64,000 bases of DNA from Agathobacter sp. (GTDB taxonomy: Bacteria; Bacillota; Clostridia; Lachnospirales; Lachnospiraceae): positions 11,229 through 75,228 of the forward strand of contig JAZUGV010000034.1 of assembly GCA_045641385.1 (NCBI GenBank), in the 5' to 3' direction. Below the pieces are notes generated by a model that saw only the letters and a list, made by a program, of their open reading frames with translations, did not search any database and was not told the DNA's origin. Of the stretch, positions 19,538 to 28,669 are shown piece after piece. Each line of letters begins with the position of its first letter. Position 1 is the first letter of the stretch. The position numbers and the translations under genes are program-made.

Positions 19538-20563
19538 TTAATTTTCCTCTGCAGTTTCAGTCGCAGCAAATTTCACTCTTAATTTCTCGTTGATTTCAGC
19601 CTCTGAGAATGACACACACTGTAAGATTGCGTTTTTGATTTCAGTGTTCTTTGAATTGCCATGGGTTTTTACCACAAGACCATTCAGTCCTAACAGAGGA
19701 GCTCCGCCGTAGGTGGAAGCATCAAACGATTTGAGGGTTTTCTTTAAAGCTGGAAGTGCAAGTGCTGCACCAATCTTTGACTTTAAGGTACTCATTAACC
19801 CTGCTTTGATTACAGAAATCAAGGTTGAGCTTAATCCCTCATATAATTTTAAAATGACATTTCCTGTAAAAGCTTCACAGACAATGACATCTGCGCCGCC
19901 GTGTGGAATTTCGCGAGACTCAATACTTCCTACGAAATTGATATCCTCACAGGCTTTCAAAAGAGGCATGGTTTCTTTTACAAGAGCATTTCCCTTTTCC
20001 TCTTCTGCTCCAATATTTACAATTGCTACACGAGGATTCTTGATGCCAACGACATCCTCCATATAGATTGAACCCATACGTGCAAAGGATACCAGATGCT
20101 CTGGTCTTGCATCGACATTCGCACCACAGTCAATCAGTAATGAAACTCCGCTCTCTGTTGGGAGAAGTGGAGCAAGTGGTGGTCTGCGAACTCCCTTAAT
20201 ACGGCCTACGATGGTCTGGCCGCCAACAAGGATTGCACCAGAACTTCCAGCTGAGACAAAGGCATCTGCTTCTTTATTCTTCACAAGCTTCATGCCTACT
20301 ACCATTGAGGAATCCTTTTTCTTTCGGATTGCATCTACTGGTGCTTCTGCCATCTCAATGATTTCACTCGCGTGAACCACTTCAATCTGGCTTGCTGGAT
20401 ATTCATACTTTGCTAATTCTGCGTTTATAACATCTTCCTGTCCTACAAGGATTACCTTCACATCACTGCGAAGCTTTACGGCATCGACCGCACCCTGTAC
20501 AGGAGCAGCTGGAGCATTGTCTCCGCCCATGGCGTCAACAACCACTCGAATCAATTCAGACAT
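19538..20563 (-). CDS. plsX: Phosphate acyltransferase PlsX
   Basis: VDAMGGDNAP, VSAGSSGA, DCGANVD, GGAPLLGL, KTHGNS. Confidence 0.96.
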   Translation of the reverse strand: MSELIRVVVDAMGGDNAPAAPVQGAVDAVKLRSDVKVILVGQEDVINAELAKYEYPASQIEVVHASEIIEMAEAPVDAIRKKKDSSMVVGMKLVKNKEADAFVSAGSSGAILVGGQTIVGRIKGVRRPPLAPLLPTESGVSLLIDCGANVDARPEHLVSFARMGSIYMEDVVGIKNPRVAIVNIGAEEEKGNALVKETMPLLKACEDINFVGSIESREIPHGGADVIVCEAFTGNVILKLYEGLSSTLISVIKAGLMSTLKSKIGAALALPALKKTLKSFDASTYGGAPLLGLNGLVVKTHGNSKNTEIKNAILQCVSFSEAEINEKLRVKFAATETAEEN

Positions 20564-20592
20564 ATCTACCTCCTAGTACGCATCTAAAAGAA

Positions 20593-20621
20593 AATATACT
20601 ATAAAAAAATTGATTTTTCAA
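20593..20621 (-). promoter_or_regulatory. Probable SigA promoter of plsX operon
   Basis: TTGAAA-17 nt-TATATT. Confidence 0.55.
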
Positions 20622-20635
20622 CTTTATATTATGAC

Positions 20636-21703
20636 TTATTTGCATTCGTATTCGATGTGAAAATGTTCTCCAAAAACCAGATTCTTTTCACAGCAGGAAT
20701 CTACGCTGTTTTCTGTAGGACAAACAGAAACTCTCGCATAAGCTCCGCTCATCATTGGAATCTGCGGTGGCATATGCCCAATGTCCAAATCCATAAGTAT
20801 TGGAACGCCAAGTTCGCCCAACACGCCTGTCACTGCGCCATACTGATCTAATCCCATAAAGGATTCCCCATAGATATGCGGGCGTCCAATCAAAAAGGCT
20901 TTGACATGTGAAAACCAGCCAGCCTCCTTTAACCCCCAAAGTGCACGTCGAATTGACATCACATTTAAGTCGCAGGCCTCCAAAAACCAGATAAGACCAT
21001 CCTCCTTATATTTTTCAGAGAATTCTTTCACCTGATCAAAGCGAGTTCCCGCCAAAGTTGTGAGACAATCCAGACAGCCACCGACAAGTCTTCCCTCAAT
21101 CGGATTTGTGTATTGATAAACCACAGGCTTAACCTTCTCTGTCAGATTGTAGCCGGCTAAGGGATGATTTGCATCCTTTATCTGGTTTAATTCCCAAAGT
21201 TCATAGTTGTCAAATGAAAGCTTCTCTCCCTTTAATAAAGAAAGAGTATTGCTCAGTGATTCGTGGAGTGGCTCCTGCCCAAACTCTGGTGCACAGGGGC
21301 CATAAATCGCAGCGGTATCCATCAAAGTTGTCGACAAAAAGGTAAAGTTTGTATTATCAGAATAACCAAGAAACCACTTTGGTTTCGCAAGCTTTAGTTT
21401 TTCATAATCCATAAAGCTGACCGTTTCGCACATCAGCTCTCCGCCTCCACAGGCGATTAACAAATCGCTCTCTTTGCTTTCATAGCTCTCCATCAGTTCT
21501 TTTGCACAAAGCTCAGGGGTATTGCTAATTCCAATTCCGCAATCAGCGTAACAATTCTCTCCTAATACAGTCTGAAACCCCATTTCGTGAAAACGCTTTT
21601 GCGTATGTAAAAACAGTGTATGATAAGGCTCTATGACACAGCCAAAGGATGGTGCCACAAAACCGATGGCTCCACCTTCCTTTAAAAATTCTGGAAATCT
21701 CAT
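20636..21703 (-). CDS. S66 family LD-carboxypeptidase / MccF-like peptidase
   Basis: IGFVAPS, GYSDNT (Ser), WFLE (Glu), IGH (His) triad motifs. Start trimmed to ATG 21703. Confidence 0.88.
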   Translation of the reverse strand: MRFPEFLKEGGAIGFVAPSFGCVIEPYHTLFLHTQKRFHEMGFQTVLGENCYADCGIGISNTPELCAKELMESYESKESDLLIACGGGELMCETVSFMDYEKLKLAKPKWFLGYSDNTNFTFLSTTLMDTAAIYGPCAPEFGQEPLHESLSNTLSLLKGEKLSFDNYELWELNQIKDANHPLAGYNLTEKVKPVVYQYTNPIEGRLVGGCLDCLTTLAGTRFDQVKEFSEKYKEDGLIWFLEACDLNVMSIRRALWGLKEAGWFSHVKAFLIGRPHIYGESFMGLDQYGAVTGVLGELGVPILMDLDIGHMPPQIPMMSGAYARVSVCPTENSVDSCCEKNLVFGEHFHIEYECK

Positions 21704-21776
21704 CGTTCTTCCCTCTATCTGATTCCTAAAACATGATAAAAATAGTACCTTTTTCAATTATAACAGAGAACATACG

Positions 21777-21816
21777 AATAGTAGAAACAAAAATAGAGTT
21801 TCGCTTGCGAAACTCT
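21777..21816 (-). repeat. Dispersed palindromic repeat, copy 1 (copy 2 at 59677-59724)
   Basis: AAAATAGAGTTTCGCTTGCGAAACTCT is 26/27 identical to 59677-59703. Confidence 0.8.
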
Positions 21817-21926
21817 TGCGCCGCTTTTGCGTCGCCTATGCGACATTTTTCATCTGCAAAAGCGTGCGCATCCTCACAGAGCCTTTTTACTGTATAGGAA
21901 ATTGGAGCAATTTCCTATACAGCAAA

Positions 21927-21951
21927 AAAGGAGCGCCAAACGGCACTCCTT
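21927..21951 (-). terminator. Terminator after the 97-aa hypothetical gene
   Basis: Minus strand AAGGAGTGCC-GTTT-GGCGCTCCTT + T-run. Confidence 0.75.
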
Positions 21952-21958
21952 AAAATTC

Positions 21959-22252
21959 TTATGCGGTTCCAAGCTTAAGCTGGTATTTCCATTTCTGCCT
22001 AGAATAATTGATATAGCTCTTGGCATTGCGAAGAATCGAAGATTCCTTGCGATAATGGAACGAAGTACGATACTCAATCTTCTGGCGATTACACCAGTTA
22101 TAGATATCGAGAATACTTACTCTTTGAATATGTCTGAGATTTCTCATAAAAATATCAATCTTTGAAATCTCTTCCTCATTATTTACATATAAATGAAAAA
22201 TGGTATTAGGACACTCGATTACGATCTGTCCACCTCTTTTTTTCTTATCCAT
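21959..22252 (-). CDS. Small basic hypothetical protein (97 aa)
   Basis: AAGGAG RBS, own terminator, fills an otherwise intergenic gap. Confidence 0.7.
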   Translation of the reverse strand: MDKKKRGGQIVIECPNTIFHLYVNNEEEISKIDIFMRNLRHIQRVSILDIYNWCNRQKIEYRTSFHYRKESSILRNAKSYINYSRQKWKYQLKLGTA

Positions 22253-22397
22253 TGTAACTCCTTCGATGATGTCTTATGACTATCGGTGTGTTACTATAGT
22301 ACTATACTAATCAAAGAAAAAAAAGGTTTTTTTCGCATTTTTGCTATCTTGTGCAGAACGTATTTTCGAGTAACAAAATGTAGTATACCCGCTTACC

Positions 22398-24137
22398 TCA
22401 TTTTGCAAACTGACTGCTATAAAGTGTAAAATAAAAGCCCTTTTGCTCGAGTAAGCTCTTGTGATTTCCCTGCTCAATAACTTTTCCATCTCTCATGACA
22501 AGGATGACATCTGCATCCTGAATCGTTGAGAGACGATGAGCAACAATAAAGCTCGTCCTTCCCTCCATCATGGTTGCAAAAGCTTTCTGAATCTTAATCT
22601 CCGTTCTTGTGTCGATGGATGATGTCGCCTCATCCAAAATGAGCATAGGAGGAAGACATAGCATAACTCGGGTGATACACAAAAGCTGCTTTTGTCCCTG
22701 AGAAAGACTGCCTCCATCCTCTCCAATAATCGTGTCATATCCCTTTGGAAGACGACGAATAAAGCTATGCGCATGAGAAGCCTTTGCTGCCATTAGGATT
22801 TCCTCCTCCGTTGCATCTGGCTTTCCCATGATAATATTTTCCCGAATGCTTCCCTTTCTAAGCCAGGTGTCCTGTAACACCATTCCAAAGTTCGTGCGCA
22901 GACTCTTTTTCCCGATTTTTCTGGTAGAGATTCCATCAACGAAAAACTCTCCTTCGTCGGTCTCATAAAATCGCATCAAAAGATTAATCAGCGTTGTCTT
23001 TCCACAGCCAGTAGGACCAACGATTGCGACGCGCTGTCCTGGCTTAACCGAAAGATTAAAATCCTTAATCAGTTCCTTATCCTTCGAATATGAAAATGCA
23101 ACCTGACTGGCCACAATATTGCCCTTCACCTCATTTAACTGGATTACATTCTCCTCCTCTTCTTCTACAGGAGCCTCGATCAGTTCAAAGATGCGGGCTG
23201 CACAGGCAAGCGCATTCTGCATTTCTGTCACCACACTTGAAATTTCATTAAACGGCTTGGTGTACTGGTTTGCATATACCAAAAAGCAGGAAAGCTGACC
23301 CACTGTGATTTTACCGGCGATTCCAAGCATTGCGCCAAAGACGCCAACCGCCGCATACACAAGATTATTGACAAATCTTGTAGATGGATTGACCAGGCTT
23401 GAAAAGAAGGTTGCACGAAGCGAATACTTCTGCAGTCGAAGATTGATTTCATCAAACTGCTCACTCTTTTTCTTCTGCTGCCCAAAGGCATTTACGACCT
23501 TCTGGTTGGAAATAGTTTCGTTAATCAGAGACGTCTGCTCTCCTCTGGTCTCTGACTGCAATTGAAACATGGAGAAGGTCTTTTTTGCAATAAACGACGC
23601 CACAAACAAAGAAAGCGGGGTGATTACAACAACGACGAGAGCAACTCTCCAATCGATGGTAAGCATAAAAATCAGCGTACCAACAATCGTCGCAACTCCA
23701 GTAAAAAACTGATTCATCCCCATCAATAAGCCATCCGCAAAGGTATCCACATCGGCGATGATACGACTGACCATATCTCCGTGTGCATGTGAATCAATAT
23801 AGGAAAGTGGCAGATGATTCAAATGTTCAAAGGCGTCCTTTCGAATATCAAACACAATACGGTAGGTAATTCGATTATGAATCATATTCAAAAGCCACTG
23901 AAGCAGAGCTGTTGCAAGCACAACAAAGCCAGCCTTTACAAGAATCGGACGCATAACCTCAAAGTCAACCTTATGCTCTGCGATGATGGAGTCGATTGCA
24001 TTTCCTGTCAAAATTGGGAAATACAGGGTAAGTCCGACAACACAGGCGGCAAGCATAATGGAAAGCACCATAAAAAACAAATGACGCTTTAAATAAGAAA
24101 GAAGTTTTCGGAAGGTTTCTTTATGATTCTTTTTCAT
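22398..24137 (-). CDS. ABC exporter, fused permease/ATPase (heterodimer subunit 2)
   Basis: 6 TM + GPTGCGKTT, LSQGQKQ, ILDEATS. Confidence 0.93.
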   Translation of the reverse strand: MKKNHKETFRKLLSYLKRHLFFMVLSIMLAACVVGLTLYFPILTGNAIDSIIAEHKVDFEVMRPILVKAGFVVLATALLQWLLNMIHNRITYRIVFDIRKDAFEHLNHLPLSYIDSHAHGDMVSRIIADVDTFADGLLMGMNQFFTGVATIVGTLIFMLTIDWRVALVVVVITPLSLFVASFIAKKTFSMFQLQSETRGEQTSLINETISNQKVVNAFGQQKKKSEQFDEINLRLQKYSLRATFFSSLVNPSTRFVNNLVYAAVGVFGAMLGIAGKITVGQLSCFLVYANQYTKPFNEISSVVTEMQNALACAARIFELIEAPVEEEEENVIQLNEVKGNIVASQVAFSYSKDKELIKDFNLSVKPGQRVAIVGPTGCGKTTLINLLMRFYETDEGEFFVDGISTRKIGKKSLRTNFGMVLQDTWLRKGSIRENIIMGKPDATEEEILMAAKASHAHSFIRRLPKGYDTIIGEDGGSLSQGQKQLLCITRVMLCLPPMLILDEATSSIDTRTEIKIQKAFATMMEGRTSFIVAHRLSTIQDADVILVMRDGKVIEQGNHKSLLEQKGFYFTLYSSQFAK

Positions 24138-24140
24138 AGC

Positions 24141-25859
24141 CTACTCCACCTCCTTCTTATACTGTGAGCTGTGAATTTCCTCGTAGACAGCACAGTTTTT
24201 CAGCAGATCCTCATGTGTTCCAATTCCAGCAACCTCACCATCCTCTAAAACAACAATCCTGTCTGCTGAAAGAATGGACGAGGTTCTCTGTGAAACAATA
24301 AAAACAGTACGGCCTTTACTACTTTCCGCAATTGCCTTTCTTAGGCTTGCATCCGTTGCAAAATCGAGAGCGGAAGAACTGTCATCCAAAATTAAAATCT
24401 TTGGATTTCTCACAAGCGCACGCGCAATCGTAAGGCGCTGTCTCTGGCCACCAGAAAAATTACTGCCGCCCTCTTCAACATGGGCATCCAATCCCTTTTG
24501 GGCAATCACTTCTGTCGCCTGTGCAATTGAAATCGCCTGCATCAGCTCCTCTTCGGTTGCATGTTCATTGCCCCAGAGCAGATTTTCCCGAATGCTCCCC
24601 TGAAACAAAACTGCTTTTTGAGGCACAATTCCGATCACTCCACGAAGCGCCTCATACTGATATTCCTTAACATTTTTGCCGAACACGCAAACCTCGCCGT
24701 CACAGACATCATAAAAACGAGGAATAAGATTCATAAGTGTAGACTTTCCAGCACCCGTTCCACCAATGATGCCCACTGTCTCTCCAGCATTCACAGAAAA
24801 ATCAATCCCTGATAATGCCTGGTCACTCTCAGTATTATAGCGCATAGATGCATTGCGAAATTCTACCGCAAATCCAGCCTTTTCATCCATAGTGGCCAGT
24901 GTTCCCTCCTCCATGGAAGGCTTCATCTCTAACACCTCCTGCACACGGTTTCCGCAGGCGATGGCCTTGTTTATGTTTACAATCAAATTCGCAAGCTTAA
25001 CGAGTTCCACTAAAATCTGAGACATATAATTGACCAGCGCAATGACAGCGCCCTGTGTAATGACTCCGCCAAACACTTCTCTGCCTCCAACCCAGATTAC
25101 CATCAGCGTTGCGAGGTTCACAATAATATAGGTAAGTGGATTCATAATCGCAGAGAGTCTTCCAACGATAAGCTGCATACGCATCAGCTGTCGATTATCC
25201 TCATTGAAGGAAGACATCTCCTCTTCTTCCTTTGCAAAGGCGCGGAGTACTCTTGCTCCCGAGAGGTTTTCCCTTGTACGTAGAAGCACACGATCTAATC
25301 CTTTTTGAACACGCAAAAAAAGCGGAATGCTTGCAAGAATCACACCGAAAACAACAATGGAAAGAAGTGGAATTACGATCACAAAAATCCATGCCACACG
25401 TGCATTTACCGTAAACGCCATCACCATAGCACCAAACACAATAAAAGGCGAGCGCAAAAACAGGCGAAGGGTCAGGTTGAGCACCGACTGAATCTGATTG
25501 ATATCACTGGTGAGTCGCGCAATCAAAGTAGAACTGCCAACCTGGTCCAAATCACTGTAGGCAAGGCTTTCAATATTTTTAAAAACAGAGGATCTGAGAG
25601 CTGTACTAAAACCAACCGCGCTTTTTGCAGAGAAATACTGCCCCGTCACGGAGAGTGCATAGCCAATTGCAGCAAGCAAAATCAGAATTATACAGTTCTG
25701 CCAAATTGCCGTGTAATCTTTTTTTATAATTCCAATATCGATAATGCGAGCCATAACAAGCGGCACCAGCAGGTCGAAGCAGGCCTCAAGCAGCTTAAAT
25801 AATGGAGCTAAAATCGTCTCCTTTTTATAATCTTTCAGATAAATCAAAAGTTTCTTCAT
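24141..25859 (-). CDS. ABC exporter, fused permease/ATPase (heterodimer subunit 1, degenerate site)
   Basis: 6 TM + GGTGAGKS, FSGGQRQ, ILDDSSS, VSQR (typical degenerate half). Start approximate. Confidence 0.92.
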   Translation of the reverse strand: MKKLLIYLKDYKKETILAPLFKLLEACFDLLVPLVMARIIDIGIIKKDYTAIWQNCIILILLAAIGYALSVTGQYFSAKSAVGFSTALRSSVFKNIESLAYSDLDQVGSSTLIARLTSDINQIQSVLNLTLRLFLRSPFIVFGAMVMAFTVNARVAWIFVIVIPLLSIVVFGVILASIPLFLRVQKGLDRVLLRTRENLSGARVLRAFAKEEEEMSSFNEDNRQLMRMQLIVGRLSAIMNPLTYIIVNLATLMVIWVGGREVFGGVITQGAVIALVNYMSQILVELVKLANLIVNINKAIACGNRVQEVLEMKPSMEEGTLATMDEKAGFAVEFRNASMRYNTESDQALSGIDFSVNAGETVGIIGGTGAGKSTLMNLIPRFYDVCDGEVCVFGKNVKEYQYEALRGVIGIVPQKAVLFQGSIRENLLWGNEHATEEELMQAISIAQATEVIAQKGLDAHVEEGGSNFSGGQRQRLTIARALVRNPKILILDDSSSALDFATDASLRKAIAESSKGRTVFIVSQRTSSILSADRIVVLEDGEVAGIGTHEDLLKNCAVYEEIHSSQYKKEVE

Positions 25860-25898
25860 TCGGATCATTCCCTTACCTATTATGAATATCAGTATACG

Positions 25899-25928
25899 AA
25901 AAAGGCCCCCTCTTTTCAAGGGAGCCTA
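25899..25928 (-). terminator. Terminator ending the chemosensory/kinase cluster
   Basis: Minus strand AGGCTCCCTT..AGGGGGCCT + T-run. Confidence 0.7.
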
Positions 25929-25963
25929 TTTCTATAAACATTATGCTTTTCTATGCAAATCGA

Positions 25964-28654
25964 TTAATCATCCAATTCGTAGAATGCGAAGCCGAAGGTT
26001 TCCGTACCAGTAAAAATCGCATTCGAGAAAGAGCTCTTACAGATAATGACATTTTCAAAGCTAATACGATTTGATATTTCTTCCAATATGAAGGACTTTA
26101 AATAAGAAGAACAGCTTGCAAAGGATAAAATAATCAATCGATTGTCAATTCTGCTCATCTTGCGAAGACGAAAGCCCACATACTTTCTCCAAAGTCGCTT
26201 ATCCTCACCACTAAAGAATCCAGATACCGAAACTCTCTTCTGCTTCATACGAAGCATAGGATGCATATGGAAGATGGTTGTAAGAACGGCTGTCATTTTC
26301 GATGCAAAGCCCTTTTTGCTGAGCTGAACTGCATTTGGGGTAATAAATCCACTATCCACCAGCTCACGAGATTCCTGCAACAGCTGAAGAATTTCTTCAA
26401 CAGGCTTACCTAAGCCAGCCAGCCTTGCTGCCTCAAGCACCAAAAGCGCTTCTCCGCAGGATACATGCCCAGAATCAAATACGTGAACATGATCGAAACC
26501 AGCAGCTGCGGACTGTGCATGGGAGAAGGTAACGCCAGAGTTCGATGCAAGAGAAATATGAATGACATCTTCTGCCTCATCCAGATTGTCTGCAAAGAAC
26601 TGCTCAAATTCCTCCACTGAACAGCTGTCTGCAAAAACATCTCTCATAGCTATGTACTGAGACATATTGTCCGTATCAATTTCAACAGAATCTACATAGC
26701 GTCCGTGCTCTGTTCGAATGTACAGATTCTGTACATGAATATCGTGTTTTTGAAGTACACTGCTTGGCAAATCACAGGCACTGTCAGTTGTAATGCGAAC
26801 CTTCTTTTTCTTGCGCACGATTGCCGTATTTCCCTCGGCATTGTCATAATCAGAAACTACTTCTCGGTACTCAACCAAATCCATAGGGATCAGATTCAAA
26901 ATTTCCTGTTCGAGCAAATCAGAACTGATTGGTTTTTCCAGGTATCCATCAAAAACGTTGGCAATCTGAAGTTCTTCTGCCTCATCCTTACTGGTTGCCG
27001 TCAGCGCAATGATTGGAGTTTCCTTACAAAGGCCATTGTCCTGAGCTCGAATTGCGTATAAGGCCTCTTTGCCATCCATATCCGGCATAATATAATCCAT
27101 CAAAATCAAGTGGAAAGCCTTGCGATGCGTCAGCTCTAAACATTCCTTAACGGAAGAAGCTGTATAAATCTGCATTCTTGTTGCTGCAAGCAAACGACTG
27201 GTAACAAGGGTATTTATGCGATTATCATCGACAATCAAAATGCGTACATCAGGAGCCTCAAACTTCTGACGATAATGATAACTGCTCTTTTTTGACTCGC
27301 CAAAGCCAATCACCCCAACTGGAACCTCTTCTACAATTTTCTGAGGAATAATAACGGTAAATACAGAGCCCTTCGTGTAGATGCTGTCGACATGAATGGT
27401 TCCACCCATCAAATCCGTCAACTGCTTAACAATCGAAAGCCCTAATCCATTTCCCTCTACATGGTGATTTTTCCTTTCATCGACACGCTGGAAGGACTCA
27501 AAAATATTTGCAATCTCTTCCTTCTTGATTCCGATTCCAGTATCGGTGACAACCATCTTAAGATTATAGGTGCCATCTGGATTTTTTTCTCCAGACACCT
27601 CCAAAGAAACGCTTCCTGACTCCGTGTACTTGACTGCATTGCTGAGAAGATTTAATGCAATCTGCTTAATACGCTTTTCATCTCCAAAAAGAGTAGAAGC
27701 CATCTGAGGGTCCACTTTAAAATCAAGCTTTAAGTTTTTCTTGTTTGCATGAATGTGGATCAGATCATATAAATTGGTAAACAGCTTCTTGATTTTATAC
27801 TCCGTTGCAATAATATCAAGCTGTCTCATTTCAATTCTGGAGAAATCTAAAATATCATTTACCAGCGAAAGCAAAAGCTCACTGGCATTTTCGATATCAT
27901 TGGAATACTCAACAATCTCATCGGAAGGATTAGAGCGAAGAATCAGTTCGTTTAACCCCATAATTGTGTTGATTGGAGTACGAATTTCATGGCTTAATCC
28001 AGCATACAAATTATTTCTTGAGCGCGATGACCTCTCAAGTTCAATGGCACGCTCATTGGCAATCTTCTGCTGACGCTGATACATACGAATAACGATACGA
28101 AGCAAAAGACCAATGGAAACACCTACTGCGATTACACTGTAAAGGGAGTCCAAATAACTTGCGCGAACACTTTCTGGCTCAATTACCATATCCGGATGTG
28201 CCATTGCAAATATATAGACACAAACATTCATGATAATCGTGATTCCTATATGCACCAAAAATCTCCATCCATCGAACATCAAAAAGATGAAGAAATATCC
28301 CAACAGGAACCAGAGCATTGCACCACTATTTAATCCTCCACCAAACAAAAACAGCATTGGAAATAAAAACACATTTAAAAATAGCGCAAACAATACACTG
28401 GCCACCGTAATCAGCTTACGAATAAAGCTCAGCCAGAGTACCAGAAGCATAAATGCAAACAAAATACCCAGGATGACCATCAAAAACACAGAGGAAGACA
28501 CAAAGATGGTTTCAATCCAGCAGGCTAGTGATACGGCCGTTCCAATAACACCAATGACACGAAACATTCTGTGCTTAATTGGCAGCTCCATCGCTTCATT
28601 CTGTTGATTTATTTCCTTTATTTTTCCTATCAATTTTTGAAAGAATCGTTTCAT
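25964..28654 (-). CDS. Multi-TM hybrid sensor histidine kinase (HisKA-HATPase-REC) fused to a C-terminal DegV/FakB-like domain
   Basis: ~6 TM; LSHEIRTP; NAVKYT, DTGIGI, GNGLGL; REC IVDD..LMD..KP. Then VRITTDSACDLP...VIHISL...FDSGHVSCG (DegV fold). Confidence 0.88.
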   Translation of the reverse strand: MKRFFQKLIGKIKEINQQNEAMELPIKHRMFRVIGVIGTAVSLACWIETIFVSSSVFLMVILGILFAFMLLVLWLSFIRKLITVASVLFALFLNVFLFPMLFLFGGGLNSGAMLWFLLGYFFIFLMFDGWRFLVHIGITIIMNVCVYIFAMAHPDMVIEPESVRASYLDSLYSVIAVGVSIGLLLRIVIRMYQRQQKIANERAIELERSSRSRNNLYAGLSHEIRTPINTIMGLNELILRSNPSDEIVEYSNDIENASELLLSLVNDILDFSRIEMRQLDIIATEYKIKKLFTNLYDLIHIHANKKNLKLDFKVDPQMASTLFGDEKRIKQIALNLLSNAVKYTESGSVSLEVSGEKNPDGTYNLKMVVTDTGIGIKKEEIANIFESFQRVDERKNHHVEGNGLGLSIVKQLTDLMGGTIHVDSIYTKGSVFTVIIPQKIVEEVPVGVIGFGESKKSSYHYRQKFEAPDVRILIVDDNRINTLVTSRLLAATRMQIYTASSVKECLELTHRKAFHLILMDYIMPDMDGKEALYAIRAQDNGLCKETPIIALTATSKDEAEELQIANVFDGYLEKPISSDLLEQEILNLIPMDLVEYREVVSDYDNAEGNTAIVRKKKKVRITTDSACDLPSSVLQKHDIHVQNLYIRTEHGRYVDSVEIDTDNMSQYIAMRDVFADSCSVEEFEQFFADNLDEAEDVIHISLASNSGVTFSHAQSAAAGFDHVHVFDSGHVSCGEALLVLEAARLAGLGKPVEEILQLLQESRELVDSGFITPNAVQLSKKGFASKMTAVLTTIFHMHPMLRMKQKRVSVSGFFSGEDKRLWRKYVGFRLRKMSRIDNRLIILSFASCSSYLKSFILEEISNRISFENVIICKSSFSNAIFTGTETFGFAFYELDD

Positions 28655-28669
28655 ACTTAACACCTTATT

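Noticed and set aside
21817-21870. c-di-GMP-I riboswitch (contains GACGCAAA on the minus strand)
   Set aside because: The upstream GGCAAA-stem-GAAA tetraloop arm is missing, and GCAAAAGC is used in a different stem.
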